The notes: a model not told the origin generated them from the letters alone. 63,864 nucleotides of DNA, filler included, from Lenisia limosa (GCA_001655205.1; 11 parts of 11 records of this genome joined end to end with filler, not necessarily neighbours in it); one strand, 5' to 3'. Counted from the whole stretch's first letter, positions 1 to 12,415 are shown. Translations and numbers: made by a program.

Positions 1-366
1 CCACTACCTGTTATATTGCTGATTATAACTGTATTGATTTCATTTATTTAAAGGAAATCTTAACTGCTCTGCTTTTCCTGAAGTTTCGAGGGTCTACTAA
101 AGTTTAACGACACTACATACCGAATTTATTCAGATTTGATATATATCTGGTTTTTTGATATTTCATATCACTGATTAAGAAAAGTCTCTACACTAATATT
201 GAGCTTTATCTTTAGTCAATCGTGACAGGACTTATCGCAGACACTGTTTATGATATATATATATGATATATATTGAAACTTTTGACGCATTTATCGATAT
301 TTACAAAGGGATCATCAAATATCTCGTGTTGTTTACTCACTCACTCCTTGGCATCTCACTTCATAG

Positions 367-3300
367 GAGCAAGGCAAAAACTTCAGTGTCGACCTCAAAG
401 ACCTTAAGGTGGGCTTAATATACTGGCTGTGTGGACATACGATTCTTCTTCCTGATACAGTATTTTGAAAAATCGGGCCCATATTCTCTATACAGTTGAA
501 CACTACGGTAGAGTGACTGGCCTNNNNNNNNNNNNNNNNNNNNNNNNNNNNNNNNNNNNNNNNNNNNNNNNNNNNNNNNTGTTTGTTTTGTTTTACCAAC
601 CCTCGTGTGTTTTCAACCAACAGAGTTGATGGGGCTTTTTTGTTTCATAAATTTCCTTCATTTACCCCCCTCCCCCCACACCAGTTGGTCAGGGAGTTGG
701 GCAGCGGAGTTGGAGGGGCCGTGTCCCTAGTTCGACACGTGCCTTCTGGCAAAATGCTTGCTAAAAAGGTGAGGGAAGTTGATTATGGACATATTTGTCA
801 GCGCTTTGTTCTTTTCACTTCTGGGAATGTTTTTTCATATTATAGTTACAGCGATATTCATTTAACCCCGGTTTGTATTGCTTGTTTTTTGTTTTTGATT
901 TTGGTTTTTTGTTTTGTTTGGAGTTTCATATTATTCGGTTCATTCTTCATCGAAATTTCCTTCGTTTTGCCTCCCTCCATACGCTGGAGTGGTGGGATGC
1001 GGTGCTGCAGAAGCAAGACTGGCTTGGGTTTTATTTTGTTTTGTTTTCAACCCTTGTGTGTTGTCAGCCAACAAAGTTGATTTGGGTTTTTTTTTTTTGT
1101 TGACTAATTTTTCCAATTTTANNNNNNNNNNNNNNNNNNNNNNNNNNNNNNNNNNNNNNNNNNNNNNNNNNNNNNNNNNNNNNNNCGTGAGAGTGCAGGT
1201 GGTGAAGGAGCTGAAGGCGCTGTACGACTGTCAGGATGATCATATCGTTCAGTTCTATGGTGCTTTCAACACTGAAGGGTAGGCAGTCATCGACCGACTA
1301 TGGCATAATAAATCATTAATGAAGATAAAATTTATGAGAGTGACCCTTGCAGGTCTGTTGAGAAGCACGTGAAATGTCATCAATAATGCAAAATGAGATA
1401 TTTTATAAGTATACTATAGAGTGGAATCTTTTTTCCGTCCTTGTATCTTGGGCTTCACTTTGGTTCGAAAAAGACCGTTAAACTATTGATAATTATCGAG
1501 AACTCGGGAAATTCAGGACCAATCGGGAAATTCAGCGAACCAAAGTGAAGTCCTAGTTGCAAACATGCATTAAATTTATGAGATTGTAACCCTTGTAGGT
1601 CTGTTGAGATTGTGATGGAGTACATGGATGCCGGTACACTTTTGGACATTGAGGCGATGGGAGTTGTCATTCCCGAACCCGTAATTGCACGGGTCGCGGA
1701 GCAGGTTAGCTTGAACCACTTTTCTCACTTTGCTTGAAATTATTATGTGTGGGTTTTTTTTGGTTCATCTATTTTTTTTATATCTAATAAGTTGCAAGGA
1801 AGGAAATAATAATTTCGCTCTACTCTAGTATGCTCATTAAATCTCTCAGTTTGCATCAATAATGCTATTTCTTCGGTTTTGATCAGCCCCATGTTGACAC
1901 TTTCAGAGTCTCAAGGGTCTGGCTTACCTCCACCATAAACGCCACATCATTCATCGCGATATCAAACCCTCCAATATCCTCATTAACACCAAGGGTGAAA
2001 TCAAACGTAAGGGGGTGGGGGCTACTTCCCTTCTGTTTTGAGTTGAGTGTAACTGATTTATACACTATCGATGTCATTTTTTTGTTTTTATGTATTTTCT
2101 CACCAACTCCCCCCCCCCCCNNNNNNNNNNNNNNNNNNNNNNNNNNNNNNNNNNNNNNNNNNNNNNNNNNNNNNNNNNNNNNNNNNNNNNNNNNNNNNNN
2201 NNNNNNNNNNNNNNNTCAGCTAACTCCTGGGTCGGAACCGTTACATATATGAGTGTAAGGGGGCATGTTGTCTGCGAGCTATATCAATATATGCTGGAGA
2301 GGCACGCAGAAAGCTGTCTGCACAGGGTTGTAAGGCAAATGATCGGGTGAATTAATATTATACTATTATTCAATATCTCTTATAAGCGTGTTGGTGTGGA
2401 CGGCTTCGGCCAGAGGCATCCTTATTTTTATTTCTCATTGCTATATACTATATATTTACTAATATACATATGCAAGATACTATGGACGGCTTTGACCTGA
2501 TAGCACCATTTGTATCTCATTTCAACATAGGGCTTCACTTCAGTTCGAAAAATTCTGGTAAAATATCGATAGTTTTCGAAGATTATCGAGAGATTCAGTC
2601 TTTCTTCGAACCGAAGTGAAGCTTTATCTCTACGTCATTTGTTACCTTCATCCCTCTTCGTATATAAGCTTGAGAATGTTGACGGTTTCAGCAGAATACT
2701 TATTACCTCAAAAACCAGCCCTCTTTGTTGCGTATTTCACCGCCTCAAATACCAGTCCTCTTTGTTGCGTATTTCACACAATAACACCAACCCTCTTTGT
2801 TGCGTATTTCACACAATAACACCTGTGTAATAAGATTACAGATATTATATATTATACATACATAGCTATATGTTCGTCGGACACAAATACATCATACTAT
2901 ATTATATGTACTAAGTGATATGCAATAGATGTAATAGTATGTGGATTTATAGCGATGATACAATATGTATAAAACTGAGATAAAAAAAGTTTTTCTTGGT
3001 CGAAATTTCAAATAACACCGCAGCCGGAAAGAATCCAGGGAGACTCTCACTACCACATTGACAGTGACATTTGGTCTCTTGGGTTAACCCTGGTAAGGGG
3101 AGTTACAATTGTGCTCTGGTAGGGGGGCTATATTATATTATATACTGTACATACTAACATATATTATATCATATGATATAGTATATTACATAGTATATGA
3201 TATAATATATACAGTGACCGGATAAGTCTTGACCGATTTCCCTTGATAAATCACATAGCGTCAAGGCGTATCCCGGTTACTGTACATGCATACATATGTT

Positions 3301-4346
3301 ATTTTATTTTTTTGATATATATATATTTTTTTTTTATGGGGGGGGGGGGTNNNNNNNNNNNNNNNNNNNNNNNNNNNNNNNNNNNNNNNNNNNNNNNNNN
3401 NNNNNNNNNNNNNNNNNNNNNNNNNNNNNNNNNNNNNNNNNNNNNNNNNNNNNNNNNNNNNNNNNNNNNNNNNNNNNNNNNNNNNNNNNNNNNNNNNNNN
3501 NNNNNNNNNNNNTTCTTTACCGTTAATGGGGGTATCCATTGTTTTCATTGTGATTCACTTTGTAAAATATACTGGAATAATGTCAATCGAGAAATTCAGT
3601 CTTTTTTCGAAACGAAATGAAGGCCTATTTGCATACCTTGGATTGGGGTGAGGGCTCTTGTCTAGTACGTGATTGAACGCGCTGAGTCTTTATGCTAGTG
3701 CATCACGTACATTAGCCAGGATAAGTCTTGACCGATTTTCAACATAAAACCATTATGAAATCAGTCAAGACTTATCCCGGTCACTGTATGTTCTATTTTT
3801 TTTTCACAGTTGATTCTCACACCTCAGCTGCTTTCCTATATTGTGGAGCACCCGCCGCCAGCTCTCAATCCTGAGTTCTACTCTGCCGATCTGTGCCACT
3901 TCATTGCTCAAATGTTCGAAGGGTTCTTTTTTTTCATTCTTGCACAAACAACACATTTCTTTCTCTTTTATTATTTTGATCTCTTCACTGCATCACTTGA
4001 CATTTAAGGCTGAAAACCGACCCTGCCGAAAGAGCGTGTGCAACCGATTTACTGGAACATCCCTTCCTCATTAGGCATAGTGAAAAGGTTTGTCACCCCC
4101 CGAACCTCACCCCCCCTTCTCCCTCTTTGTTTTTGTTCAGAATTCATCATCCAATTTCACGGGTGTCCTCAAATGTCAAAAGAGTTGATTTTGGGTTTTA
4201 ATGTAAAATCACATTTCCATTAACGCCCCCCCCCCCCTCAGGTTGACATTAGCCCTTGGATTATTCAGCTCAAGGAAATGGGTCTCGGGTCGGAAGCCGT
4301 AACTGAGCAACTGACACAGCAGTTGCCAACGGTCCAACTTCCTTAA
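367..4346 (+). CDS. MAP2K: MAP kinase kinase (MEK1/Ste7-type), multi-exon, 5' end upstream of window or incomplete; one or more exons hidden in N gaps
   Basis: Spliced exons give [16 protein letters not shown] (G-loop), [74 protein letters not shown]|[32 protein letters not shown]; stop TAA at 4344-4346. Confidence 0.93.
515..684 (+). mobile_element. Acceptor-terminal intronic repeat, family I (gapped copy)
   Basis: CAACCCTCGTGTGTT..AACAGAGTTGAT..CATAAATTTCC..C-run-CCAG ends exactly at the acceptor of the LVRELGSG exon. Confidence 0.75.
921..980 (+). repeat. Intronic repeat family II (ATTCTTCATCGAAATTTCCTTCGTTTT-C-rich)
   Basis: Matches 9970-10004 (+) and 21097-21179 (-). Confidence 0.6.
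984..1121 (+). mobile_element. Acceptor-terminal intronic repeat, family I (most complete left end)
   Basis: CTGGAGTGGTGGGATGCGGTGCTGCAG..GACTGGC..TTTTCAACCCTTGTGTGTTGTCAGCCAACAAAGTTGATTTGGG..AATTTTCCAATTTTA, then N gap before the next exon. Confidence 0.75.
1448..1555. mobile_element. hAT-type MITE family A
   Basis: TIR GGGCTTCACTTTGGTTCG / CGAACCAAAGTGAAGTCCTA, in a MAP2K intron. Confidence 0.8.
2371..2445 (+). repeat. Intronic repeat family D (ATCTCTTATAAGCGTG..GGACGGCTTCGGCCAGA..TTTCTCAT)
   Basis: Near-identical to 9199-9275; related copies at 14845-14897(-), 18793-18850(-), 44870-45005, 48357-48395, 48735-48790, 56950-57005. Confidence 0.7.
2528..2626. mobile_element. hAT-type MITE family A
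   Basis: TAGGGCTTCACTTCAGTTCGAAAAA ... TTCGAACCGAAGTGAAGCTTTA. Confidence 0.85.
2712..2822. repeat. Intronic minisatellite, 3 units of ~37 bp (CCTCTTTGTTGCGTATTTCAC core)
   Basis: Directly visible tandem copies. Confidence 0.85.
3212..3282. mobile_element. Tc1/mariner-type MITE family C
   Basis: TA|CAGTGACCGGATAAGTCTTGAC ... TATCCCGGTTACTG|TA. Confidence 0.8.
3710..3786. mobile_element. Tc1/mariner-type MITE family C
   Basis: GGATAAGTCTTGAC ... GTCAAGACTTATCCCGGTCACTG|TA; left end degenerate. Confidence 0.75.
4176..4241 (+). mobile_element. Acceptor-terminal intronic repeat, family I (degenerate)
   Basis: AGAGTTGATTTTGGGTTTT..TTTCCATTAACG-C-run-TCAG abuts the last MAP2K exon. Confidence 0.6.
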
Positions 4347-4705
4347 TTGGTCCTGTGGGGTGAGTGTCCGTTTTGTGCGGCGTTTGGTGCTGGCATGTCG
4401 GGGTTAGCTTTTCGGTTAGTTTTATGTATTGTTTCTCTGCATCCCTCGCTTTGCCTACCCATACCTGAAGTGTAAATCTTCGCCAGGAAGAGAGTTGGTC
4501 AACAATAAACATACGCTGTGCATGTGTCGAATATGGCCTTTTTAATCATATTGTTTGTTATGATCATGTTATAATCTTGTAATCTTTAGGAAAAGCACAT
4601 AAGAAACTTTAAATGACCTTGCTGGTCTATAAAACCCGCAACTAAAAAAAAATTCCACCACTATGATGCAATAATTGTTTATTAATATGTCACTACTGTT
4701 AAAAC

Positions 4706-6780
4706 TCACAAAACACCAAATGCCACCAAATCAGACATCAGCAGAATAGCGTAAGAGGACATTGTGTCGTCAACCGATGCTCCTCCTAAATAGGTCACAA
4801 GGATTCGAGTTGTGAGTTTGATAAATTGCCAGTGTTGCACAATAGCAATCATTTTTAGAGTCAATTGAGATAGATGAATGTAATATGGTACCAGGATGAG
4901 TTCTCGAATTATTATCAAAGAACCACTTGAGTTGAATACGTGGTTCGGTCTAATATGGCCCTTTTAAGATATTCATACTCAAAAGAAGTGGAATTCCGCC
5001 CTCATTGAGACTTGTCGGTCAATTATCATACGAGTGGAGATGAGGTACCATATCACTGAATGGAAAATGAATGTTCGCACATGTGAAAATGATCCAAAAA
5101 GTGATATGATCATACCCAGTAAATATGTATGTAGTCCTTGTCTTACTTGGTGCTCATCGATCGCATCACTTTTTCTTTTGTATTCAGAATATGACGCCAC
5201 TGCTGAGTCATAAACCTAAATATGTTAAAATAAAGGCCTTCCTTAACAGTCTATTATTAACAAGTTTTAACAAAAAAACAACAATGGATTTTGTGATAGA
5301 TATAATGTTTTTACTACAGCTCCTGTGTGAAGATTATATTAATATTAGTGGATACAACACGTGATTCCAAATACAATTGATAATTCCTAAAAATGTTGCA
5401 ATTTATTATTATCCTCAAAAATAATGATGAATAAAATTACCAACCCAAGAACCTCTGATCCCTTGGAGAGAGTACAATTTATTTTTTCAATCAACTGGTT
5501 CATTTCATCGTTTTCGGTGCGGTATAAATGGCTCGAGGACCTAAAAGAAATGATTTACATTTAGACAACACACTTTCATTGAATTGTTATCTCAACTGAT
5601 AAAGAAACATGAAAGGATAATCAAAAATGATGATTTGTTGATGAATTCATACTTCTGAATCCCCCAAATAAAAACCGTAAATGATAAGATTTAGAAGAAG
5701 AGTAGATATATATTATATATTAACACCACATACAGGAAATTATCTATATCTGCTTGCTCCACGGTTGGTCTGAATTGTCAAAATCAATAAAAAAGGTTGT
5801 AAGTTGAATTAGATCCAAAATTTTCGCTGTAAATATTCCAGAAATCATAATAACAAGTTTGACCAACACGGTACACGGCATGAGCATCCACTTGATGGTA
5901 TTGTCGTAAACGGATTTGTCATTGCAAAGTGCGCTGGGTGTGTCTGAAAGTTGAATTTGAGACAAATAATAGTAAACATTCAAAAATGTTGGAGTAGTTT
6001 GTTTTTGAAAACGGCAAAATGGCCACCTTCTTGCTGAAGGCGATGACCGTTTCATTGGTTACATCGACTTGTTTTGAATGTTCTCTACAGTGTAAACAGC
6101 GCATGAATATTTCATCTGCATATATTTTTTGTTATTTTATCATTTTGAGGGCTTAGGTAGAGTGAGTAGCAATTCCCAACTTGACATAAATAAAATTTAA
6201 TTATAAGATGTCAAGTCGACTATAGAGGCTTTTACTAACCAAAAAGGTCTAATCATCTAAGTGCCCACCCTTCAGTCAGTTCTGGGAACATGAGCAAGTA
6301 CATCATAACTGCAAGACGTTGGAACAACAGCGTACTTCCCGTTGCCAGGGTATTGAGATGATAATTATGGTTTTGTGATGGTCTTGGAATGGAAAAAAGA
6401 AATAAAATGAAAATGTTTCATGATTACAAGATTTTTAATTACTCTCATAGATAGTTGATATCATATTCATAATCCTTTAACTTTAAGGATAGCTGCAAAA
6501 AACATAAAATAACATTCAAGATAATGTTTGAACAACCAACCTTTTCTTTGATACATCTTATAAGCGGAGGATGTCCATTTTCCATATACAACTATACTTA
6601 TGAATCTGTTAAAATACAAAGACTTGAATAATATATTCTAAAACAATTATTGGGAAGTCTGTACAATAAAATGGTCAAAGCTTGTTACAATGATGATAAA
6701 TATTCCTCAAACTTCAAAATCTGCAGGTAAATTCTCGTCAAATGATGTAGCAAGTTTCTTGGATTGTCCCTATAGAACAT
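4706..6780 (-). CDS. Hypothetical multi-exon gene
   Basis: Several open exon-like segments with GT/AG ends (e.g. HLYRTENDEMNQLIEKINCTLSKGSE, LFQRLAVMMYLLMFPELTEGW); family not recognised. Confidence 0.3.
5049..5108. repeat. Small inverted-terminus repeat family E (CATATCACT...AGTGATATG)
   Basis: Second copy at 59351-59408 shares GTGAAAATGATCCAAAAAGTGATATG. Confidence 0.6.
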
Positions 6781-6866
6781 TAATATAAAACATAGATTTG
6801 TGTAAATTAAATATGAAAATAGAGTACATTCTACTAACATGTGCTATGTATACCACATACACATAA

Positions 6867-7960
6867 GTCCCCTAGTCTGAGTGCGATCGCAAGTATGAGT
6901 GCGATCACCAGTTGAGTGCGATCACAGAAGAGTTGAATTTTGATAATATGCAAAACAAGCAAACAGTACATGTGAATTTAAACCACCATTTTGTCCTTTT
7001 AAATCTATCAAATCATATCAAGTCATACTCAGAGTACAAACAACACCAAATTAGACACGTCCACGTCCACGACCGCGTCCACGTGCTCCTTCATCATTCT
7101 TTTCCTTCTCCATCCGAGCTTTCTCTTCTCTACGAGCCTTTGCAATTTCAGCTGCAACTTCAAGACGGCGTTTGTCAAAGTCCTCTGCAGTCTCGACAAC
7201 ATCAATTGAAGTTCGACCAGAGCCAAGCTCAGGGGATGGTGATCTTGCCGAATTTGATTCAGAAACCAACGGGCTGTTGTGCCAAGGTAGAAGACCATGT
7301 GGCTTCCGCATCTCGTAATCGGCCTGCTCACGAGCAGTTAGTGAGTGTGCTTGGTTTAATAAAACAGCAGTTTTGATACTGTCTCCTTGTGCAGTGCCTT
7401 CCTTGTACGTACGGACACTCTTTCTGGTAGGGGTATCGTTGAGGACAGTGCTTTCCAAAGACTTCCGCTTCAGTGGAGATACAGGTTCGTCAAGATCGGT
7501 CACACCAGGGCAACGCTTGAGAAGGACTGATGGTCTAATCGCAACACGTGGGTCATCAGAAGTAAGGGTATTGCCAAAGATCTCTACACGCTCAAATGCA
7601 TTCTGGACAGAAATCGGGTCCAAAACCTGTGTAAGTGCGGAGAGACCGGCTGCAAGAAGCAGAACACGCAGCTCCAAAGACTTGTTGTCAGACTGGATGG
7701 GGTTTGAAATGCGGTCAAGTTTTGCGGATAACTATGCCTTAAAAGCGACAAATGTCATCAATTGATATTCCGCAGTACGACGCAATATGTTGACTGTGTA
7801 AGTCGATACAATCATTGCATCAATTGCGCGCCTTGCGACGGTCGGAACACACTCCGGATGAAAATGAAGCTTATTTACTAAGAGTATAAAGAAAAAAAAG
7901 AAAAAAAGAAAAAACAACAAAGAGGGGAATTAACAAAAAGTCACCATACCGGGGTTGGAA
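6867..7960 (-). mobile_element. Truncated DNA-transposon-like element: terminus with 3 x TGAGTGCGATC and an ORF ending in RGRGRGRV
   Basis: Repeats at 6878, 6896, 6913; ORF 7051-7677(-); same layout as 45758-47034; other end lost at the contig break. Confidence 0.5.
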
Positions 7961-8004
7961 NNNNNNNNNNNNNNNNNNNNNNNNNNNNNNNNNNNNNNNN
8001 NNNN

Positions 8005-8016
8005 TTAATTAATTAA
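8005..8016. other. Artificial contig linker TTAATTAATTAA in a 100-bp N spacer (also at 12169, 37510, 38708, 42015, 44140, 50836, 55946, 61435, 62570)
   Basis: Identical 12-mer with stops in all six frames, each flanked by 44 N on both sides. Confidence 0.97.
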
Positions 8017-8063
8017 NNNNNNNNNNNNNNNNNNNNNNNNNNNNNNNNNNNNNNNNNNNNCAG

Positions 8064-9645
8064 GTTACCTTCGGTACCCTTGATTCGACAAGCCACCACG
8101 AGGTTGCTGGGAGGGGGTTGGAAAATTTGACAATTTTGTCCTAAATAAAGGGTTGAAAGGGGTAGTTTGGGATGGTTTTCAACCCTTGTGTGTTGCTAGC
8201 CGAGAGAGTTGATTTTGGTATTATTTTGTTTCATAATTTTCGAATTTACCCCCCTCCTCCAGTTTTTAGCGCGCTTCGGCTTCAATGATGAAGATTCATC
8301 TGAGCCTTTCTTCTCCTTCATCCTCGACGACAATCGCAAGGTATAACAGGGGGGGGTGGTATTTTAGATGGGGAGTAAGATGCAATTCTTTCTTATGTAA
8401 TCCTTCGACATGCCTTGTCAAAATCAATAACAAATACTGGTCCGTCATTGCTATATTATATGTATATCGAGAAATGTACATAATTACATATACTGTAGGT
8501 ATCATATACTGTTTTTAAATGTATCTCTAGATATATACATGTATATCATGTATAATCTAGGAAACCCGTCTCACATTTCAGGTTCACTACGAGGGAAGAT
8601 GGGTGTCACATTCCCGTCAGTTTGAGGACTATCTTACGGACTTCGCGAATGGTGAACTCCAGGCAGAGGTTGGGGGGATGGTATACCTTATTCAACAGGT
8701 CGTGAGGGATAAAATTATGTTTATGAGGTTGGATGGATAAGGTTTATGTTATTTACACTGACCGCGAAAGTCCTGGCACAACTGGCTAAAGATAAGGCTC
8801 AATTTTTTGGTCGAAGGCAATTTTTTATCTATCGCTATCAGGGCTTCTTCGGTCCGAAAAGACTCTCGATAGTTTTCGAGGATTTATCAAGAAATTCAGT
8901 CTTTTTTTCGATGCCAATAATATCTATCATGTAGATAAATTTTCAAAGTTTCTTCGACTTACCAAATAGGGAAGTGGCGCCGGAATGACTGGTACTATTT
9001 GGTACTATTTGGGAGACATTCTTGAGCCTCTTCTCATGGTCTCTCGTGAAAGCCCAATTCTGGTCCTCTCTATCATTGGTGCCTCCATCTTCCTCTGCGT
9101 TCAAGTATACGGGTTTTTTTTATCATATTATGGCCGTTTAATAACACGAGGTGTTTAAAAATATATATGTAGCTATCTTAATATTATACCATAATCCAAT
9201 ATCTCTTATAAGCGTGATGGTATGGACGGCTTCTGCCAGATACAACCTTAGTTTTTTTATTTTTCATTGCTATAATATGATATATAAGGGCTGGGGGTGT
9301 TAGAATATTCTATACTGTCCCTTCAAGTACATGGATGAGAAAATATTCGTTTGATATTGCTGTATGTTTGAAAGAAACTATNNNNNNNNNNNNNNNNNNN
9401 NNNNNNNNNNNNNNNNNNNNNNNNNNNNNNNNNNNNNNNNNNNNNNNNNNNNNNNNTGTCTTAACTCATAACAGTTACACATTTTGCTCCTTTTACTGTC
9501 ACAGAGCTGTGTGGGAGCCCCGGAGTCAGACGAGATGGTTTCTGAGCCCGACAATAAGGAAGAGAAGAAGGACAGGAAGGTGTCCAAGGCTGAGGGCAAG
9601 AAGAAGGAGAAGTCCGAGCGATTTATGGAGAAATCTCTGGAGTAG
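8064..9645 (+). CDS. 3' part of a PDI/thioredoxin-related transmembrane (TMX-like) protein
   Basis: Exons VTFGTLDSTSHHE|FLARFG..FFSFILDDNRK|VHYEGR..FEDYLTDFANGELQ|..PILVLSIIGASIFLC (TM)|Lys/Glu-rich tail, stop 9643-9645; resembles a PDI b'-domain plus membrane anchor; catalytic CxxC not visible. Confidence 0.45.
8107..8262. mobile_element. Family I element forming an almost wholly palindromic intron (intron 8103-8262)
   Basis: Left CTGGGAGGGGGTTGGAAAATT..AAAGGGTTGAAA mirrors right TTTCAACCCTT..AATTTTCGAATTTACCCCCCTCCTCCAG; the flanking exons join in frame. Confidence 0.75.
9199..9275 (+). repeat. Intronic repeat family D
   Basis: AATATCTCTTATAAGCGTGATGGTATGGACGGCTTCTGCCAGA... Confidence 0.7.
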
Positions 9646-10237
9646 ACTGTTGTTATTTTCATCTGATTTAGATAAACTCACTGACTTACATAATGGTAAT
9701 TTGTTGATCTGAAACCCACTGTCACCTTTGCTTTGCGTGTTTAAGTCTGAAGATAAGGTACAACATGTATTTTAGTCGATAATCTTGAATAAACATCGAT
9801 GTTTTACCGGTCTTTTTCGGACCGTAGGGAAGCCCCATATATTAGCAAGTAGAATTAAAGATGAGGTTTCCGTCCTGTCAAATTTCAAATTTGAAAATAC
9901 AAGAGTCGCTCGCTCCCTCTCTACTACGAAATAACAGATTAAGGTTCCGAATTAAATCTTGAGTACCTCAATATTCTTCATTGAAATTTCCTTCGTTTAC
10001 CCAGTGCCTTTGGTTTTGGGATTCGGGTGTACATTTGTCAACTAACCTACGGCATTTCTCCTTTTTTCAATCAACTGACTGTAACAAACATCACCACTTC
10101 CCTTTAAGTTTGACCATTTTAGCGACTATTCAACCCCTCATTCTTCATCAATACACGACATACAGTAAGCGCGGTCAACTAAGATGAATGCATGCAATCA
10201 TGTTTCTTAATTTTTTTATTCTGTCATAATGCTTTAG

Positions 10238-11703
10238 ATGGAAGACAGCATTGTTGCTCTAATGATAGAGCATGAAGCGGAGATTTCTACACCACGAATC
10301 ATCCTGAGGTTTGAAAGGTTGCTCTGATGGTATTTTGGTTTCGTTTCTCTTTTATAATCTTCAATCTTTCTGTGCTATTTTGTTTTTATTTGGAATAAAG
10401 TCACAATTCCGATCAAGAATTTAGGCTCTATCCATTCTATCAATAGGATAAATTTTTTTTCTCTTATAATAACATGTTAATGCCCCCCCTCCTTCTCACT
10501 TTTTTTTGTTGGCATGTCATGTTTTTAAGTTTTTAACGTTTTTAGTGGGTCGATATTCAGACTCACCAATTCCAAACGTTAAATCTGAGATCTGTGGGGG
10601 GGGGGGGTATTTTTCATCCTGAATCTAATTTCACACATATTGGCTTAACTTCGGTTCGAAAAAAGACTGAATTTCTCTATAAATCGCTGAAAACTATCGA
10701 TATTTTACCAGTATTTTTCGAACCAAAGCCCTGTAATCTAGTCCACATGTATGTATATCATATAGTATATGTATGTACATGTATTTATATGCCGTTTCTA
10801 AGGGGAAATTCCCTTTTACTTTTCAGTGTCCCAACTACAAGACAGCTCTACATGCGTATGTTTTTGCAGTCAAGGTGAGGTGTTACAAGATGATGTGAGT
10901 ATTGTTTGACATCATTTCAATTATTCCTTGTAAACAGGCAAGTTGTACCTGAGTATAAAGAAATTCATTTCGGTCTGGTTGCATTTCTCAATCAATACCG
11001 ATTATCTTGTAAATATATATAATAGTATATAATTATATATCTATAGATATATATATATGATAAATATATACTAATCGATAGTTGACTTATCTTTCAACAG
11101 AGCAAAGCCCTTCCCTTGTGTATGTGTGTGATATATGTCATGTGACTACATAATATATATTATATCAGAACTATTTGAGACCATTGGTCTGCTTCAATAA
11201 CTTCATTTAGGAAGAAAACATAGGGCAACTAGACGGGTTTCTCGAGGCTAAGGATGTAATTGATCCGCTTCATCTGCTGCCTATTATTTTTGCCCCTGAA
11301 CAGTATGGGTGGGTTTTATGCATTGTGTGGTTCTCTTTTGCTTTTCGTTTTGAGTTTCTTATTGATTTCTGGTTTCTGATTGGGGGAGGGGGCAATAAAA
11401 CAATATTTCAAATTTATAATAAACTTCCTTTCTACCTACTTTTTGCAGTGTTTCATGCTTCAGTGCCTCCAGCTACATAGATTTGGACAAGCAAAAGTGC
11501 CCCCTCGAAGTTGACCCCAGTTAGAGGGGCATCTGCGAGTTGTGTTAAACTGGGGAAGGCTTGTTTAAATACGCAGACACAAATAGTCTAAAACTCATGC
11601 CTTTTTTTTGAAACAGCTCTATCCCTCTTGTGACTGCTTATCTTTCAGATTCTACGTGGCCGGATTATCGAGGCTTGATCCAAGACTTTGATAATTTGAA
11701 ATC
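10238..11703 (+). CDS. Hypothetical multi-exon gene
   Basis: Chain of GT-AG bounded open exons (MEDSIVALMIEHEAE.., CPNYKTALHAYVFAVK, EYKEIHFGLVAFLNQYRL, DPLHLLPIIFAPEQ); family not recognised. Confidence 0.45.
10640..10733. mobile_element. hAT-type MITE family A
   Basis: ACTTCGGTTCGAAAAAAGACTGAATTTCTC ... TTTTTCGAACCAAAGCCCT. Confidence 0.8.
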
Positions 11704-12415
11704 TCGTGTCCTTTATCACCTATAGCATTGTTGTTTTAAGTTTGTTCATTTTTGACTGTTGGTACTGTTTTTATAGTTTTTCTCATTATGATACATATGG
11801 TATACCCCCAAAAAACACACAGACACACACCTTCAAGTCTTATATTTCACTATGTGAACCCCTGGATAAAATCTTCCCTGTTTTATTGGCGCAGAAAATC
11901 GTTGTGAAGTTTGAGGAAAATTGCAGTTTTAAGACTTGCTGAACTGACATGTAAAAATTGCAGTTCAACCACGCCTTCTACACGGCACATAATGTCCATA
12001 GTTTACGTGGGAATCCCGACTTTATGGTAATTCGAAGAAATTTATGGGATTCTGCTGATATTACCCAGTAAGGGTTGAAAAGTTACGGCTGCTCAACTTG
12101 GGCCATTTTTTCTGTGTGTAATATNNNNNNNNNNNNNNNNNNNNNNNNNNNNNNNNNNNNNNNNNNNNTTAATTAATTAANNNNNNNNNNNNNNNNNNNN
12201 NNNNNNNNNNNNNNNNNNNNNNNNTAGATTGGATTACCCCCTCCTTATCTTGATTTGATTTTTTTTTTTTTTGAAATTTTGATTTGGATTCAGTTACCCA
12301 CCCCCAGTTTTAACACATATAACATAACAACCCGCCTCAACAGAAGAAATCCAATACTCCTCTCACATCAGCAAAACCAGAGTAAAACAGAGACCCTCCC
12401 TCCCCCACTGTCACT

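Noticed and set aside
2712-2822. Three-copy repeat as a CRISPR array
   Set aside because: The spacers are themselves near-identical, the array lies in a eukaryotic intron, and there are no cas genes; it is a minisatellite.
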